Assembly (NCBI GenBank): GCA_963739305.1
Contig: CAVTZU010000024.1
Coordinates: 10,245 to 74,244 of the forward strand
DNA length: 64,000 nt
DNA from: Candidatus Bathyarchaeota archaeon
GTDB taxonomy: Archaea > Thermoproteota > Bathyarchaeia > Bathyarchaeales > Bathycorpusculaceae
Direction: 5' to 3'
The position numbers were made by a program, and so were the translations under genes. The notes under the pieces are model-generated. The model did no database searches, was not told the DNA's origin, and was given only the letters and a program-made list of their open reading frames with translations. This document shows, in pieces, positions 29,435 to 39,925 of the stretch; position 1 is the stretch's first letter, and each line of letters starts with the position of its first letter.

Positions 29435-30034
29435 GTGCGTAAATTGATCTCTTGGAAGCATTCCTTTAGGAGATTGAACGAAGAATACGAAGTGGCTAGG
29501 AAAAAAAGACAAGCATTGGACAAATTGCTGAACACGGGCAAGATTTCTCAGTCAACCCATGGCATTTTCAACAAGGAAATTGACGATGCCATCGCAGACA
29601 TAGAGAAACAACAGAAAGTCTTGCTTGAAAAAATGGCTGCAAAAGTGGTTGAACTTGAAGGACAAGTAAAAACACTCGAGATTCTTCTTGCAAACTTTGA
29701 AATCCGCCACGTGACAGGCGAAATAGATGAAGACGCATATCAACGCGAAAATGATTTACTGACTGTAGGATTAGACGCTGCCAAACAAGAGCTAGAGGAA
29801 GTGAAAGATGCAACAGATCAGTTGGCCAGCGGCGATTTCATGATTGACGAACCTGAACCAGCACCTCAACAGAACGAGGACGCTCAACCAGAAGTCAAAT
29901 TCTTAGATGAAACTCCGCCAGCTGAAAATGAGACTGTCAAAGTTGAAGAAGAACCCGTCGTTGAAACAGTAGTTTGCGCAGAAGCAACAAACCAGGACGC
30001 CGAGGAAAAGACTGAAGAAAAACAGCAAACGTAA
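29435..30034 (+). CDS. CdvA-like coiled-coil protein (no PRC barrel, acidic tail)
   Basis: RQALDKLLNTGKIS and FEIRHVTGEIDEDAY match the CdvA coiled coil at 57219..57938. Confidence 0.75.
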   Translation: MRKLISWKHSFRRLNEEYEVARKKRQALDKLLNTGKISQSTHGIFNKEIDDAIADIEKQQKVLLEKMAAKVVELEGQVKTLEILLANFEIRHVTGEIDEDAYQRENDLLTVGLDAAKQELEEVKDATDQLASGDFMIDEPEPAPQQNEDAQPEVKFLDETPPAENETVKVEEEPVVETVVCAEATNQDAEEKTEEKQQT

Positions 30035-30053
30035 AAGACCAGTCCAACAGCTT

Positions 30054-30072
30054 GCTTCCCCTTTTTCTATCT
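30054..30072 (+). terminator. Pyrimidine/U-rich terminator-like tract
   Basis: CTTCCCCTTTTTCTATCT about 20 nt after the stop. Confidence 0.35.
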
Positions 30073-30225
30073 GTCACATTGGATTGCTCGGACACTGTCG
30101 AATTGTCCTGGATACTCATCGAGTGAGGAATTCTTGCCTCTGAACGAAAGTCACCGCTTCATACCTTGAGGCTTTAATATCAGTTCCTATATTCCTATCT
30201 CGCGATTGAGCAACGGCGGTTTGGC

Positions 30226-31356
30226 ATGGAAGACATTCAGAAAATTCGCGAGCAGTTTCCAGTCACTCGGAAAACGATCTACCTCAATCACGCTGCACAT
30301 TCTCCTCTCCCAAAACCAGTGGCCAAGGCGATTCATCAATACGCGGACGACCTGTGCAGAAGCGGGATTGCCTCTGTGAAATGCCCGAATTGGGGAAAAA
30401 ACTGTTTTGCAAGGCTCATTGGGGCTCGAACTGAAGAAATTGCGGTGCTAGGAAATACTTCTGAAGGATTGAACATCGCCGCAAACGTTCTACACTACCC
30501 GAAAGGCGCAAAGGTGGTAACAACTGACCTAGAGTTCCCCTCTGCCGTATTTCCCTGGCTCCGCAAAGGGCTTGGAGTCAAGGTTCAGTACGTAAAGAAC
30601 GTCAATGGAAGAATTCTATTGGACGACATGGAGAGGGCAGTTGACGACAAGACAGTCGCAGTCACGATTAGTCACGTAGAATATGCTAACGGTTTCCGCA
30701 ACAACCTTCGAGTACTAAGCGAGATAGTCCACGAACACGGCGCCTACTTAATCGTCGACGCAATACAATCAGTGGGAACTATGCCCATAGACGTTCACAG
30801 AGATGATGTGGATTTTCTGGCAGCGGCATGCTATAAATGGTTGTTGAGCCCGCCAGGAGCAGCGTATTTCTATGTCAAGGACGACCTCATCGAAAAGTTC
30901 GAACCCCCCTTTACTGGCTGGGCAAGCGTGAAGCCAGAAACATTCGAAACTGCAGATTTCTATGGCATTTGGAACATGAACCTTTCGAAAACAGCGAGTC
31001 GTTTTGAAGTGGGGTCACTTTCTGAAATCAGTTGTGTGGGCGCGATTGAAGGAATGAAGATGCTGCTGGACTACGGAACCGAAAACGTGAGGAAAAGAAT
31101 TGCCAAAGTCACCGACCGTCTGATAGACTCCATTAAAGACCTGGGATTTGAGCTTCAAACGCCCGAAGATAAGCAATGCCGATCTGGCATCGTCAACTTC
31201 ATAGTGAAAGAGCCAGAGCAAATCGCTGAAAAACTGAAAAAAAGGAACATAATCGTCTGTGCCAGGGCAAATGGCTTGAGAATATCACCGCACTTCTACA
31301 ATACCGAAGAGGAAGTCAGCAGACTTATGGGCGAAGTCAAGAAACTCACTCACTAG
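30226..31356 (+). CDS. Class V PLP-dependent aminotransferase (cysteine desulfurase/lyase-like)
   Basis: YLNHAA, NTSEG, VDAIQSVG, CYKWLLSP, RISPHFYN. Confidence 0.9.
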   Translation: MEDIQKIREQFPVTRKTIYLNHAAHSPLPKPVAKAIHQYADDLCRSGIASVKCPNWGKNCFARLIGARTEEIAVLGNTSEGLNIAANVLHYPKGAKVVTTDLEFPSAVFPWLRKGLGVKVQYVKNVNGRILLDDMERAVDDKTVAVTISHVEYANGFRNNLRVLSEIVHEHGAYLIVDAIQSVGTMPIDVHRDDVDFLAAACYKWLLSPPGAAYFYVKDDLIEKFEPPFTGWASVKPETFETADFYGIWNMNLSKTASRFEVGSLSEISCVGAIEGMKMLLDYGTENVRKRIAKVTDRLIDSIKDLGFELQTPEDKQCRSGIVNFIVKEPEQIAEKLKKRNIIVCARANGLRISPHFYNTEEEVSRLMGEVKKLTH

Positions 31357-31392
31357 CGAATTATGGCTAACGTTTCTGGCGCGTGATTTCTC

Positions 31393-32184
31393 GTGCTCAA
31401 AATCGAAGAAATCGATGATAGAAACAGAGACCGATTCATTGATCTAATCAAGTCAGACGTGATCAAACACGTTTTCGCTTTCTATGATATTCAGAATGAT
31501 CCAGCACATACCAGAATTCACGCAAGTTTCGAAAATTGCGGTCTCAGGGGATACATCCTGACATACACAGCTACCGACGTTCCGAGCGTTATCCTCGAGT
31601 GCGAAAAAAGAATAGCCACGAAATTGACTCAATTTGCGCCTGAAAATCACTTCGTGATGCACACGAACCCGAGTTTCCAGTCAATCATCAAAAAAAGATT
31701 CCCTTGGGCAAAAAACTATTTGGAGAATTGGATGGTTTTGGAAAAAGAGAAAGCACACGGCTCGGACCTGAAAAATGCAAAACGCCTTTCAACAAAAGAG
31801 GATGCCGCAGCTCTTGCCAAGCTTGTTCTTAAGAGAAAAGACCGTCCGAGACGGAGCTTAAAGAAATATCTCGAGTGGATTGCCAAAATGCCAATCTATG
31901 GAGTCTATGTCGGAAATGAACTCGCTTCTTATGCTGGTTCTTTCATTCAGCTTCCCCAAGTATGGCTTATCGGCGGAGTTTACACTGATCCGAGGCACCG
32001 AAACAGGGGGTATGCACAAATCGCCACGTCTGCAGTTACGAGAGAAGCCCTGAAAAACGCCAGAATGGCAGCTCTTTTCGTTAGGTCAAACAACAGTCCA
32101 GCCATTAGAGTCTACGAGAAAATCGGTTACCACAAAATAGCCGAGAAACTCTGGGTGGACGTAGGCACCGGGCTGAAACCTTAG
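31393..32184 (+). CDS. GNAT family N-acetyltransferase (FR47-like)
   Basis: VYTDPRHRNRGYA, NSPAIRVYEKIGY. Confidence 0.88.
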   Translation: MLKIEEIDDRNRDRFIDLIKSDVIKHVFAFYDIQNDPAHTRIHASFENCGLRGYILTYTATDVPSVILECEKRIATKLTQFAPENHFVMHTNPSFQSIIKKRFPWAKNYLENWMVLEKEKAHGSDLKNAKRLSTKEDAAALAKLVLKRKDRPRRSLKKYLEWIAKMPIYGVYVGNELASYAGSFIQLPQVWLIGGVYTDPRHRNRGYAQIATSAVTREALKNARMAALFVRSNNSPAIRVYEKIGYHKIAEKLWVDVGTGLKP

Positions 32185-32927
32185 GATTCCGTTGCTCGTT
32201 CTAGCAAATCCTTAAGTAGTTTGATTGCAGACCAAGCCGCAAGCGCGCTTGTTCCAGGGTTTTCTGGATGAGGGTCATTTTCAAAATTCAAAAGCATTTC
32301 TCCATTCTTCCAGATCACCTTGATTTCGTGAACGTTCCTGTCAATTTTGGGGTCGGAGATCACCTTCACCTTGACCTTCTTTGGACGAACAGTCAAGGCC
32401 AGAGTCGCTGCGACGTTCATTTCTCTTGGAAAAAGCCGAACGGCAGTTTCTGCGTCTCCATCGTAGACGATAGTTTCTCTGTGTCTATCGGTTTTCAACG
32501 CTTGAGGATTCTTTCTTGTCGTCAACGAGATCTCGTCGATCCCTGCCAGAGAAGCACTTGCAATTGCGTCGATCCCTCCAATTGCGCCTGATGGGGTGTG
32601 AACCAGTCGGTTGTGCACGTCCATGTCCAAGAGGGCACCAACACTCATAACGACGACTTCGATTTCTGCTCTCAAGATTTTGTGCAAGTACTCTTTCACG
32701 GCTTGCTGAGAGGCTGCTTCAACGATAATTGTTGGTTGATGCGCAATCATTTCATCCACACTCTCAACAACGGTAGATTGGACGCGCAGAGATCTGTGGA
32801 GACTGTCAGCTTTTTCACTGTTGTAGTCGTAGAGAATCAGTTCGTCACATTTTATTATTTCAGTTTCCACCGCCTTTGCAATCAACGAACCAATCGCGCC
32901 GCAACCCAGAATTCCGACTTTTTTCAC
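32181..32927 (-). CDS. nadX: L-aspartate dehydrogenase
   Basis: GILGCGAIG, VEAASQ, MSVGAL, PSGAIGGID, NVAATL, NVHEI, NPGTSALAA. Confidence 0.88.
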   Translation of the reverse strand: MKKVGILGCGAIGSLIAKAVETEIIKCDELILYDYNSEKADSLHRSLRVQSTVVESVDEMIAHQPTIIVEAASQQAVKEYLHKILRAEIEVVVMSVGALLDMDVHNRLVHTPSGAIGGIDAIASASLAGIDEISLTTRKNPQALKTDRHRETIVYDGDAETAVRLFPREMNVAATLALTVRPKKVKVKVISDPKIDRNVHEIKVIWKNGEMLLNFENDPHPENPGTSALAAWSAIKLLKDLLERATES

Positions 32928-32943
32928 GAGACCGCTTCCTGAT

Positions 32944-35404
32944 TTATTCATATGTGGCAACAAAACTAATGCCGAAGGGTTTGACTTCGCTTCCGCTTCC
33001 TTTTTCTGCCAGAACCTGAAAACCATTGACCTTGCAGGTTCCTCGTATGTCTTCTTTCCCCTCGTCAACTGTTCTTGCGACGTCGTCGTTTGGAGCGTAA
33101 ATTCTAAGATTTTTGATGGGCGCATTCAAAGGTAGATGTTTTTCGGCTTTTTCCCTTCTGATCTCACTGATTATTGCTATCAGCAGGTCTCCGCGTTTCT
33201 CTGATTCTTCATCAATCTCGCTCTTTTTGACGAGTGGCCATTGACTGCGATGTATGCTTCTTATTAGTTCGTTCGTCCGCGTACAAGTTCTGGTAGATTT
33301 CCTCTGTAACATGAGGTATCACAGGCGCTAAGAGAAGCAGGATTCTATTGAGGACTGAGTGCAGCGTGTATTGTGCTGCGCGTTTCTTTTCTTCTCCATG
33401 TGCTTCAGGTCTGTAGAGTCGATCTTTCGCAGCTTCTAGATAGGAGTCGCAAAAGACGTGCCAAGTGAAGTTGCGCGTTTCCTCAATGGCTGTGTTGAAC
33501 TGACACTTTTCCAAGGCGTCCGTCACTTTCTCAACCAGTCTTTCGGTCTTGCTCAGTATCCACTTGTCCAAAGGCTGAAGATTATGCCGAGCTTTTTCGT
33601 CCGGAGTATAGTCGCTGAGTAGGTTGCCTACGAACCCAGATGCGTTCCAAAGTTTGATTAGGAAACGCCATCCATACTCGACATCTGGCCAGCGGAAAGG
33701 AATATCGGACCCAGTGGCACCGCCGGCTGCCGCCCATTGCCTTATGGCATCTGCTCCGTACTTGTCCAGAACTTCCTGTGACGACACGTAGTTGCCCAGA
33801 GACTTGTGCATTTCGCGCCCGTCTGTTCCAAGAACCATTCCGTTGATCAAGCAGCTTTTGTACGGTTTCTCGTCGAAGAGGGCCAGATGCCGGACCATTA
33901 GGTAATAGGCCCAAGTGCGTATGATGTCGACTCCTGACGGGTGTAGACTGGCGGGGAAAAGTTTTCTCCAATCCTTTTTGTCTGGCCAGCCAGCATGCAC
34001 GGCGCAGGTTATCGATGAATCGAACCACGTGTCCAGTACGTCTCTTTCTGGCTTGAACTCTTTGCCTCCGCACTTTGGGCATTTGCTGATTCGGGGCTGG
34101 TCCAAGCGGGGGTCGATTGGAACCCAAGTTGTTTCTGCTAGGATTATTTCTCCGCACGCCTTGCAGTACCAAATTGGAATCGGCGTCGCAAACACCCTTT
34201 GGCGGGATATCACCCAGTCCCACTCAAGTGATTTTGCCCAGTCAATTAGTCGATGTTTCATATAGTCGGGATACCACGTGATTTCAAGCGCGTTCTTTTC
34301 CACCTTGTCAGTTAGGATGCGGGTTTTCATGAACCATTGTTCTCTTTCGAGTATCTCGATAGGCGTCCTGCATCTCCAGCATACGCTGACTTCTTGCTTC
34401 AGTTTGTCGGTTTTTGCTAGCAATTCTCCAGTCTCTAGATCCGTGACGATAGCTTTCTTCGCGTCGCCTGTTCGCATTCCAACGTATTTTCCAGCGGCGT
34501 TAGTCATCGTTCCTTTCTCGTCTATGCACATTATTACGGGCAAGCGGTGTTTCATAACTGTCTTCACGTCTGCTTTGTCACCGTATGTGCAGATCATCAC
34601 GACGCCTGTCCCGAAATTCTGGTCAACCATCTCGTCGCTGATGATCTTGACTGCTCTGATGGTCGTCGGTATCTTGATCATCTTGCCTAAGTACTTCTTG
34701 TATCGTTCATCTTCAGGATTGACTGCTACTGTTACGCAGGCGGGAATCAATTCAGGTCTGGTAGTTGCAATTTCGAGAAAACCACCGTCCTCAAGCTCAA
34801 ACCTGACATAGTACAGTGCCGCGTTTCTATCCTCGTAAATGACTTCTGCATCGGCGATGGCTGTCTCACATCGGGGACACCAGTTCACGGGATGGGTTCC
34901 GCGGTAGATGAAATCTTTGTTGTAGAGAAGAATGAAGGAAAGTTGAGTGCGTCTCCAGTAGTCTGGGTCCATTGTCTTGTATTCGGTTGTCCAATCCATC
35001 GAGTAGCCGAGACGAACCATGGAATCCTTCATCGCGACTATGTACTTGTTGACCAGTTCCTCGCAGAGCTTCCGAAATTTGTCAGGCGGGATGTCCGTTT
35101 TCTTGATCTTGGCCTTCTTTTCAACTTCGACTTCCACTGGCAATCCATGACAGTCCCAGCCTTGGGGAAAATGAACGTTGAAGCCCCTCATCCGCTTGTA
35201 CCTTGCAACGATGTCAAAATAGGTCCAGTTGAGAACGGTGCCCATGTGAAATTCGCCAGAAGGGTACGGCGGCGGCGTGTCGATCGTAAATTTGGGGCTC
35301 TTGTTGTCGTTCCAGTCAAACCGGTAAGTGCCATTTTCCTCCCATTTCTTCTGCCACTCCTTCTCGACCGCCTGAATGTCTAGTTTCTTAGGCAGTTGCT
35401 TCAT
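32944..35404 (-). CDS. valS: Valine--tRNA ligase, apparent frameshift near 33270
   Basis: DTPPPYPSG, HMGT, GWDCHGLP, WVISRQR, EMHKSLGN; C-terminal SIHRSQWP...IRREK in ORF 32944..33312. Confidence 0.93.
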
Positions 35405-35728
35405 CGTTCCAGACAACACCCTAACGTAAATTCTAGGTTATGTCTACAAAAAGTAATTATTCGCATAAAAAAGCCTTCTGGAAGCGACTCCAACCTAATT
35501 TCCCTTTTTTCTTAAGTTTATGGAGACCATCATAATAGAGTCATGCGCCACACGTTTTAACGCAACTCCTCTAAAGACGGTATGTGTTTCACAAAATGGA
35601 AATGCACGCATGAAAATGAAGACATAAAGCATATATGGAACAAGTCTTGCGAAAAATTTAAAGCGTTGTTTAAGCCAGTTTAGAATCCTTTGACGATTTG
35701 GAATTTGTGGAAGCAGGGAACGTGAAGA

Positions 35729-36397
35729 ATGGCAGCCAGCTTTGTTTGGGCTTATGGCAAAAAGGTCGTTAGTTGGGTCTTAATTTTCAATGGCCTCCTA
35801 AGCATAGTGCTTGCCTTGGGACTTTTGATCGGCTTCTACGCGGCGCACTGGAGACTTTACCAGCCATATCTTTTGAATGCGAATCTTTTGTGGGCGGCAA
35901 TTCTAACCTCGATAACGAACTTTTTTCCAACAGCAAAATTTGGAAACGTGAAAGTCCGCAGGATAAGGTTTCATCACTTCGTCTACGGATTCGCGATCTT
36001 ATCAGCATCGGCCATATTAATGATTTTGATGCCCGTTTCTCTCCTTAGCCTGTTCAATTTGAACATAACCAGCGTGGATTTTAATGTTGAACGGGTCTTT
36101 GTCTTGGTTGGCTTAACCCTGATAATAGACGATTTCGCCGACATCTCAAACATAACGATGACGGGACTTCGCTTCGCGAAATCAAAGGCTTATGAAAAAC
36201 GAAGAACAATCCATGCAGTCCAATGCCTCTTATTCTGCGTAACCTTCTTCGTTCTCCTTTGCATCACCGTCTGGCTGGTACAAAATCCAAAAGGACTAAT
36301 CCTTAGGAACTTGGCAGTAGAGGGCAGTTTGTTGGTTACCAGCCTAACAAGCTTCGCAAGCGCACTTAGGAAGGTATGGCTGAAAATCACGCCATAA
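35729..36397 (+). CDS. Multi-pass membrane hypothetical protein
   Basis: About 6 TM helices, RFHHFVYG and LIIDD motifs. Confidence 0.7.
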   Translation: MAASFVWAYGKKVVSWVLIFNGLLSIVLALGLLIGFYAAHWRLYQPYLLNANLLWAAILTSITNFFPTAKFGNVKVRRIRFHHFVYGFAILSASAILMILMPVSLLSLFNLNITSVDFNVERVFVLVGLTLIIDDFADISNITMTGLRFAKSKAYEKRRTIHAVQCLLFCVTFFVLLCITVWLVQNPKGLILRNLAVEGSLLVTSLTSFASALRKVWLKITP

Positions 36398-36556
36398 CCG
36401 GCTGGAACAGACGAGGAGAAAGCACGCTAGATTATTGGAATGGCTTCCTTAGCAATTTCTGTTGAATGTTCACAATGTCGTTTGTTGTTTCAGGAGTTGG
36501 CGCGCTCTTATGTCATCCAGAAGCCTTATTTACGCATGGATAACAATTACCCTCAT

Positions 36557-36654
36557 AGGTTTAAGGGGAGCTGGGCCGTGACCTGGCTGAGAGGACGGTT
36601 GAACACCGTCGACCCATAGAACCTGATCCAGATAATACTGGCGGAGGGAAAACT
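36557..36654 (+). promoter_or_regulatory. TPP riboswitch (THI element)
   Basis: GGGG...CTGAGA...GACCC...GAACCTGATCCAGATAATACTGGCGGAGGGA; P1 GGTTT/AAACT, P3 AGCTGGG/CCTGGCT, P3a GACGGT/ACCGTC; directly upstream of thiT. Confidence 0.93.
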
Positions 36655-37197
36655 GTGAATCAAGACACTGATACGACTAAAAAACGTCTTTTTCCAACCC
36701 ATCTACTTGCAGAGACAATAGTGTTGGTAGCCCTAGCGGGAGCGCTCAGCGTCGTTAGCCATTTTTTCTTCAGTCTTCCTCAAGGTGGATCCATTAATAT
36801 CGGTATGGTTCCTGTCCTTTGGCTGGCTCTCAGGAGAGGGCCAAAGATAGGGATCTTTGCAGGCGCAGTTTTCGGTTTAGTTGACCTTGCAATTGAACCG
36901 TTTGTCGTTCACCCTATACAGTTTATCTTGGATTATCCGTTAGCGTTCGCGGCCCTTGGTCTCGCAGGATTCTTTCGAAAACTCCCGGTCATAGGTGTCA
37001 TCGTAGCAGTGACTGGTCGCTTCCTGTGCCACTTCACTTCGGGCGTGGTCTATTTCCCCAGCTACGCGCCGGAAGGGATGAGCGTCATTGTCTATTCAGC
37101 AATCTACAACGGAATATATATGGTGCCAAGCATGATAGTATGCGCAATAGTAATCGGCTTGCTGCAGAAAAGCAAAGCCATTAACATTTACCTGTGA
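36655..37197 (+). CDS. thiT: Energy-coupled thiamine transporter S-component ThiT
   Basis: LPQGGSI, HPIQFILDYPLAF, RFLCHFTSGVVYF..YAPEG, YSAIYN; TPP riboswitch upstream. Confidence 0.92.
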   Translation: MNQDTDTTKKRLFPTHLLAETIVLVALAGALSVVSHFFFSLPQGGSINIGMVPVLWLALRRGPKIGIFAGAVFGLVDLAIEPFVVHPIQFILDYPLAFAALGLAGFFRKLPVIGVIVAVTGRFLCHFTSGVVYFPSYAPEGMSVIVYSAIYNGIYMVPSMIVCAIVIGLLQKSKAINIYL

Positions 37198-37213
37198 GGA
37201 TCCTAAAGGAACC

Positions 37214-38218
37214 ATGGGAAAACTGCGAAATGAAGAACTCGCGGAGATGCTGAGATGCATCAGACACACTCCAAGAGTGATAGTCCCGCCGTTGCCCGGT
37301 TTTGACTCCGGTGTCCATGAAATCGATAGCCACAGACTTTTGGTCATCTCGACAGATCCATGCATCGGTGTTCCCGACGAGTGGTTCGGCTGGCTCTTGA
37401 TTAATTACGCGGCCTCTGATGTTGCACTCTTTGGCGCCAAGCCCCAGTACTGTTCAGTCAACCTTCTGGGACCTCTGGGCACTAAGGGGCAAACGTTCCA
37501 GAAAGCCATGAGACAAGCCTGCACGGCCGCAGACGAACACGGTTTGACTATTATTACAGGTCACACAGGGTCCTACAGAGGGTTGACTACCATGGTGGGC
37601 GTGTGCACGGCCTACGGCATCATCAATCGAAACGAGCTGATTACTCCGGCGGGTGCCAAGCCTGGTGACCTCATATTATGCACTAAGCCCATAGGGCTGG
37701 AGTTGGCTGTCAACTTCGCGCTAGCTCAAAGAAAGGTTGCAGAGGAGATTTTCGGGACAAGAAGAGCGTGTGAATTGAGGGGACTCGTCAAGATGCAGAG
37801 CTGCGTGAATGAAGCATTGTTACTTGCGGGAACGGGTTTTGTGCACGCCATGCATGACGCCACCGAGGGTGGATTGACGGCCGCTATTAACGAAATGGCT
37901 GAAGCTTCTCAGGTAGGCTTCACTGTAGAATTTGAAAAAATACCGTTCGTAAGAGAGTCCAAGGCGTTGAAGGATCATTTCCGACTGTCAGACACTCAAT
38001 TGCTTTCGATGTCTTCGACAGGTGCCGTTCTAGTGGCCGTCGGTTCCAAATCACTAGGGTCCGTTGAGAAAACGCTTAGACGTAACGGGATAAATCCGGC
38101 GGTCATAGGCGTTTTTTCGGAAGACCGAAAACGGCGCATCGTCAAACATGGAAAAAAGAGACAGTTTCCAAAAGCAGGGCAGGATCCCTACGAAAGAATT
38201 CTCTCAGGGCAGCTGTAG
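37214..38218 (+). CDS. AIR synthase/PurM-fold protein (ThiL/HypE-like)
   Basis: STDP, SDVA, GHTG, GAKPGD, MHDATEGG. Confidence 0.82.
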   Translation: MGKLRNEELAEMLRCIRHTPRVIVPPLPGFDSGVHEIDSHRLLVISTDPCIGVPDEWFGWLLINYAASDVALFGAKPQYCSVNLLGPLGTKGQTFQKAMRQACTAADEHGLTIITGHTGSYRGLTTMVGVCTAYGIINRNELITPAGAKPGDLILCTKPIGLELAVNFALAQRKVAEEIFGTRRACELRGLVKMQSCVNEALLLAGTGFVHAMHDATEGGLTAAINEMAEASQVGFTVEFEKIPFVRESKALKDHFRLSDTQLLSMSSTGAVLVAVGSKSLGSVEKTLRRNGINPAVIGVFSEDRKRRIVKHGKKRQFPKAGQDPYERILSGQL

Positions 38219-38976
38219 ATGTTCATGTGATTTCTCCTCACGAATCCAATCAGCGTGAGATTGGTTTTCTTTGCAAGCATAATGCCCGAGTCTATTGCGG
38301 CAGCGATGGAGGCAACGATAGGTACTTGTATTCTTGCGGATTTTGCCACGATGTCACCCGTCAATCTTCCAGTCAAGGTTAGTAGACAGTTTGCTGGGTC
38401 GTTTTTTCGCAGCACCATGATGCCCAAAGCCTTGTCGACCGCGTTGTGACGGCCGACATCCTCGGCGAACGACAGACGGGTTCCATCAGCCTTGAAAACG
38501 GCGGCAGCGTGCACTCCTCCAGTTCTCTTGAAGATTTCTCCACCGGAATTCAGCTGATTGACACAGCTGAGAACCATATCAGCCTTGACCGCCGAGCCTT
38601 GTTTGATTTTCGGAAACCTGCGCAAGGGCTTGAAAGATCCCTTGTGTCCGCAGGCAGAAAGAATGACGCGTTCATAGTGTTTTCGAAGCCGCAGCCTTTT
38701 GTCCAAGTCGAAACTCGAAATAAACTTGATGCGACAGACATCTGCTTCGATTGCTACTTTCTCAACTTCATTGACTGTCTCAATGATTCCTTCAGTGAGT
38801 AGGTGTCCAACTGCGAGTTCTTTCAAATTTGAGGGGGTACAGAAAATCGTGGCGTAGAACCTTCTATTCAAGAAAAAGTCAAGAGATTTTTCCTCGGCGA
38901 CGCAGTCTTCGAATGTAACCCTCTTCTTATTAGGCACGTCAATTCGCTGGATTTTGACTTTCTGCATCTTTGTCAC
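38188..38976 (-). CDS. fdhD: Formate dehydrogenase accessory sulfurtransferase
   Basis: LAVGHLLTEG, SACG, FKRTGGVHAA, EDVGRHNAVDK. Confidence 0.92.
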   Translation of the reverse strand: MTKMQKVKIQRIDVPNKKRVTFEDCVAEEKSLDFFLNRRFYATIFCTPSNLKELAVGHLLTEGIIETVNEVEKVAIEADVCRIKFISSFDLDKRLRLRKHYERVILSACGHKGSFKPLRRFPKIKQGSAVKADMVLSCVNQLNSGGEIFKRTGGVHAAAVFKADGTRLSFAEDVGRHNAVDKALGIMVLRKNDPANCLLTLTGRLTGDIVAKSARIQVPIVASIAAAIDSGIMLAKKTNLTLIGFVRRNHMNIYSCPERILS

Positions 38977-39848
38977 TTTCTTATGTCCGACAGGACAAAG
39001 TCAACGATTTCATCCGCGATGTTGACGTTGGCGACTGTCTGCAGCCCCCGCCATCCTGGCTGACTATTTACTTCAACCACGACGGGGCCGGCCGGACTCT
39101 CCAGTATATCTACGCCGCCCACTTTGCAGTCTATGGACCGTGCGGATTTTACCGCGAGATCTTCTAGAGGTTTTTCAAGTTGTATTGCTTGAGGCGTGGC
39201 TCCTTGGCTGTAGTTGGTCTTCCAATTGTTGGCAACGCGTTTCATGGCGGCGATGACCCTGTTACCGACGACGAATGCGCGGACGTCGGAGACGCCGTGG
39301 CTTACAAATTCTTGAAGATAAATTACTCCGTGGTAGAGGGTAATTGCGCGGAAGACAGTTGTTGCAACCTCGGGATCATTGATTCTCGTTGCGCCTACGC
39401 CCCTGGAGCCGAACAACGGTTTAATTACGACATCTCCGCCAAGTTCCTTGAACGCTTTTAATGCTTCATTTACGTTCTCCGTGGTTGCCGTTTTGGGTAT
39501 TGGTATACCGTTTTCCTCAAGAATCGTCAGGATATCGTACTTGTCGACGCAGTGTTCAATCGCTTCAGGCGGGTTTATGACGTACGTGCCTGCACGCTGA
39601 AGCCGGTACAATACATCCATTCTGAAGACCAGTTCTTCAAGAGAACCGCGCCCGATCGGCCGGATTATCAGCGCGTCCAAACTGCGGATGTCAAGATTTC
39701 CGACCGAGACTTTGAGGTTGCGTCCGACGTGCGCAACTAGTCTTGGAAAGTTGAAGCAGACGCTTGATACGTTGCGCCTTTTCAGGGCCTCGAATAGTTG
39801 GAATGAACTGTAAGCTTTTCTGTTTCTCGTTACGATGGCGATCCTCAA
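38973..39848 (-). CDS. mptN: RimK-family ATP-grasp ligase, probable tetrahydromethanopterin:alpha-L-glutamate ligase
   Basis: IRPIGRGSLEELVFRMDVL, KPLFGSRGVG, EVNSQPGWRGLQ; near mch/fwd. Confidence 0.75.
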   Translation of the reverse strand: MRIAIVTRNRKAYSSFQLFEALKRRNVSSVCFNFPRLVAHVGRNLKVSVGNLDIRSLDALIIRPIGRGSLEELVFRMDVLYRLQRAGTYVINPPEAIEHCVDKYDILTILEENGIPIPKTATTENVNEALKAFKELGGDVVIKPLFGSRGVGATRINDPEVATTVFRAITLYHGVIYLQEFVSHGVSDVRAFVVGNRVIAAMKRVANNWKTNYSQGATPQAIQLEKPLEDLAVKSARSIDCKVGGVDILESPAGPVVVEVNSQPGWRGLQTVANVNIADEIVDFVLSDIRK

Positions 39849-39925
39849 GAAAGAGACGCTCCCGGTTTTGATGTGTGAGAAATGCTATGCGTAGCGTTCT
39901 TAAAGTTTCCGTGACGATTTGATAG

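Noticed and set aside
32928-33125. N-terminal extension of nadX
   Set aside because: Overlaps the valS C-terminus; Rossmann fold begins at GTG 32927
33250-33290. Programmed frameshift in valS
   Set aside because: No slippery heptamer or stimulatory structure; many similar indels elsewhere favour sequence error
33582-35383. Long alternative-frame and antisense ORFs within valS (similar ones in fwdA/B, cdvB1, dppA)
   Set aside because: Shadow ORFs of well-supported genes with no recognisable motifs
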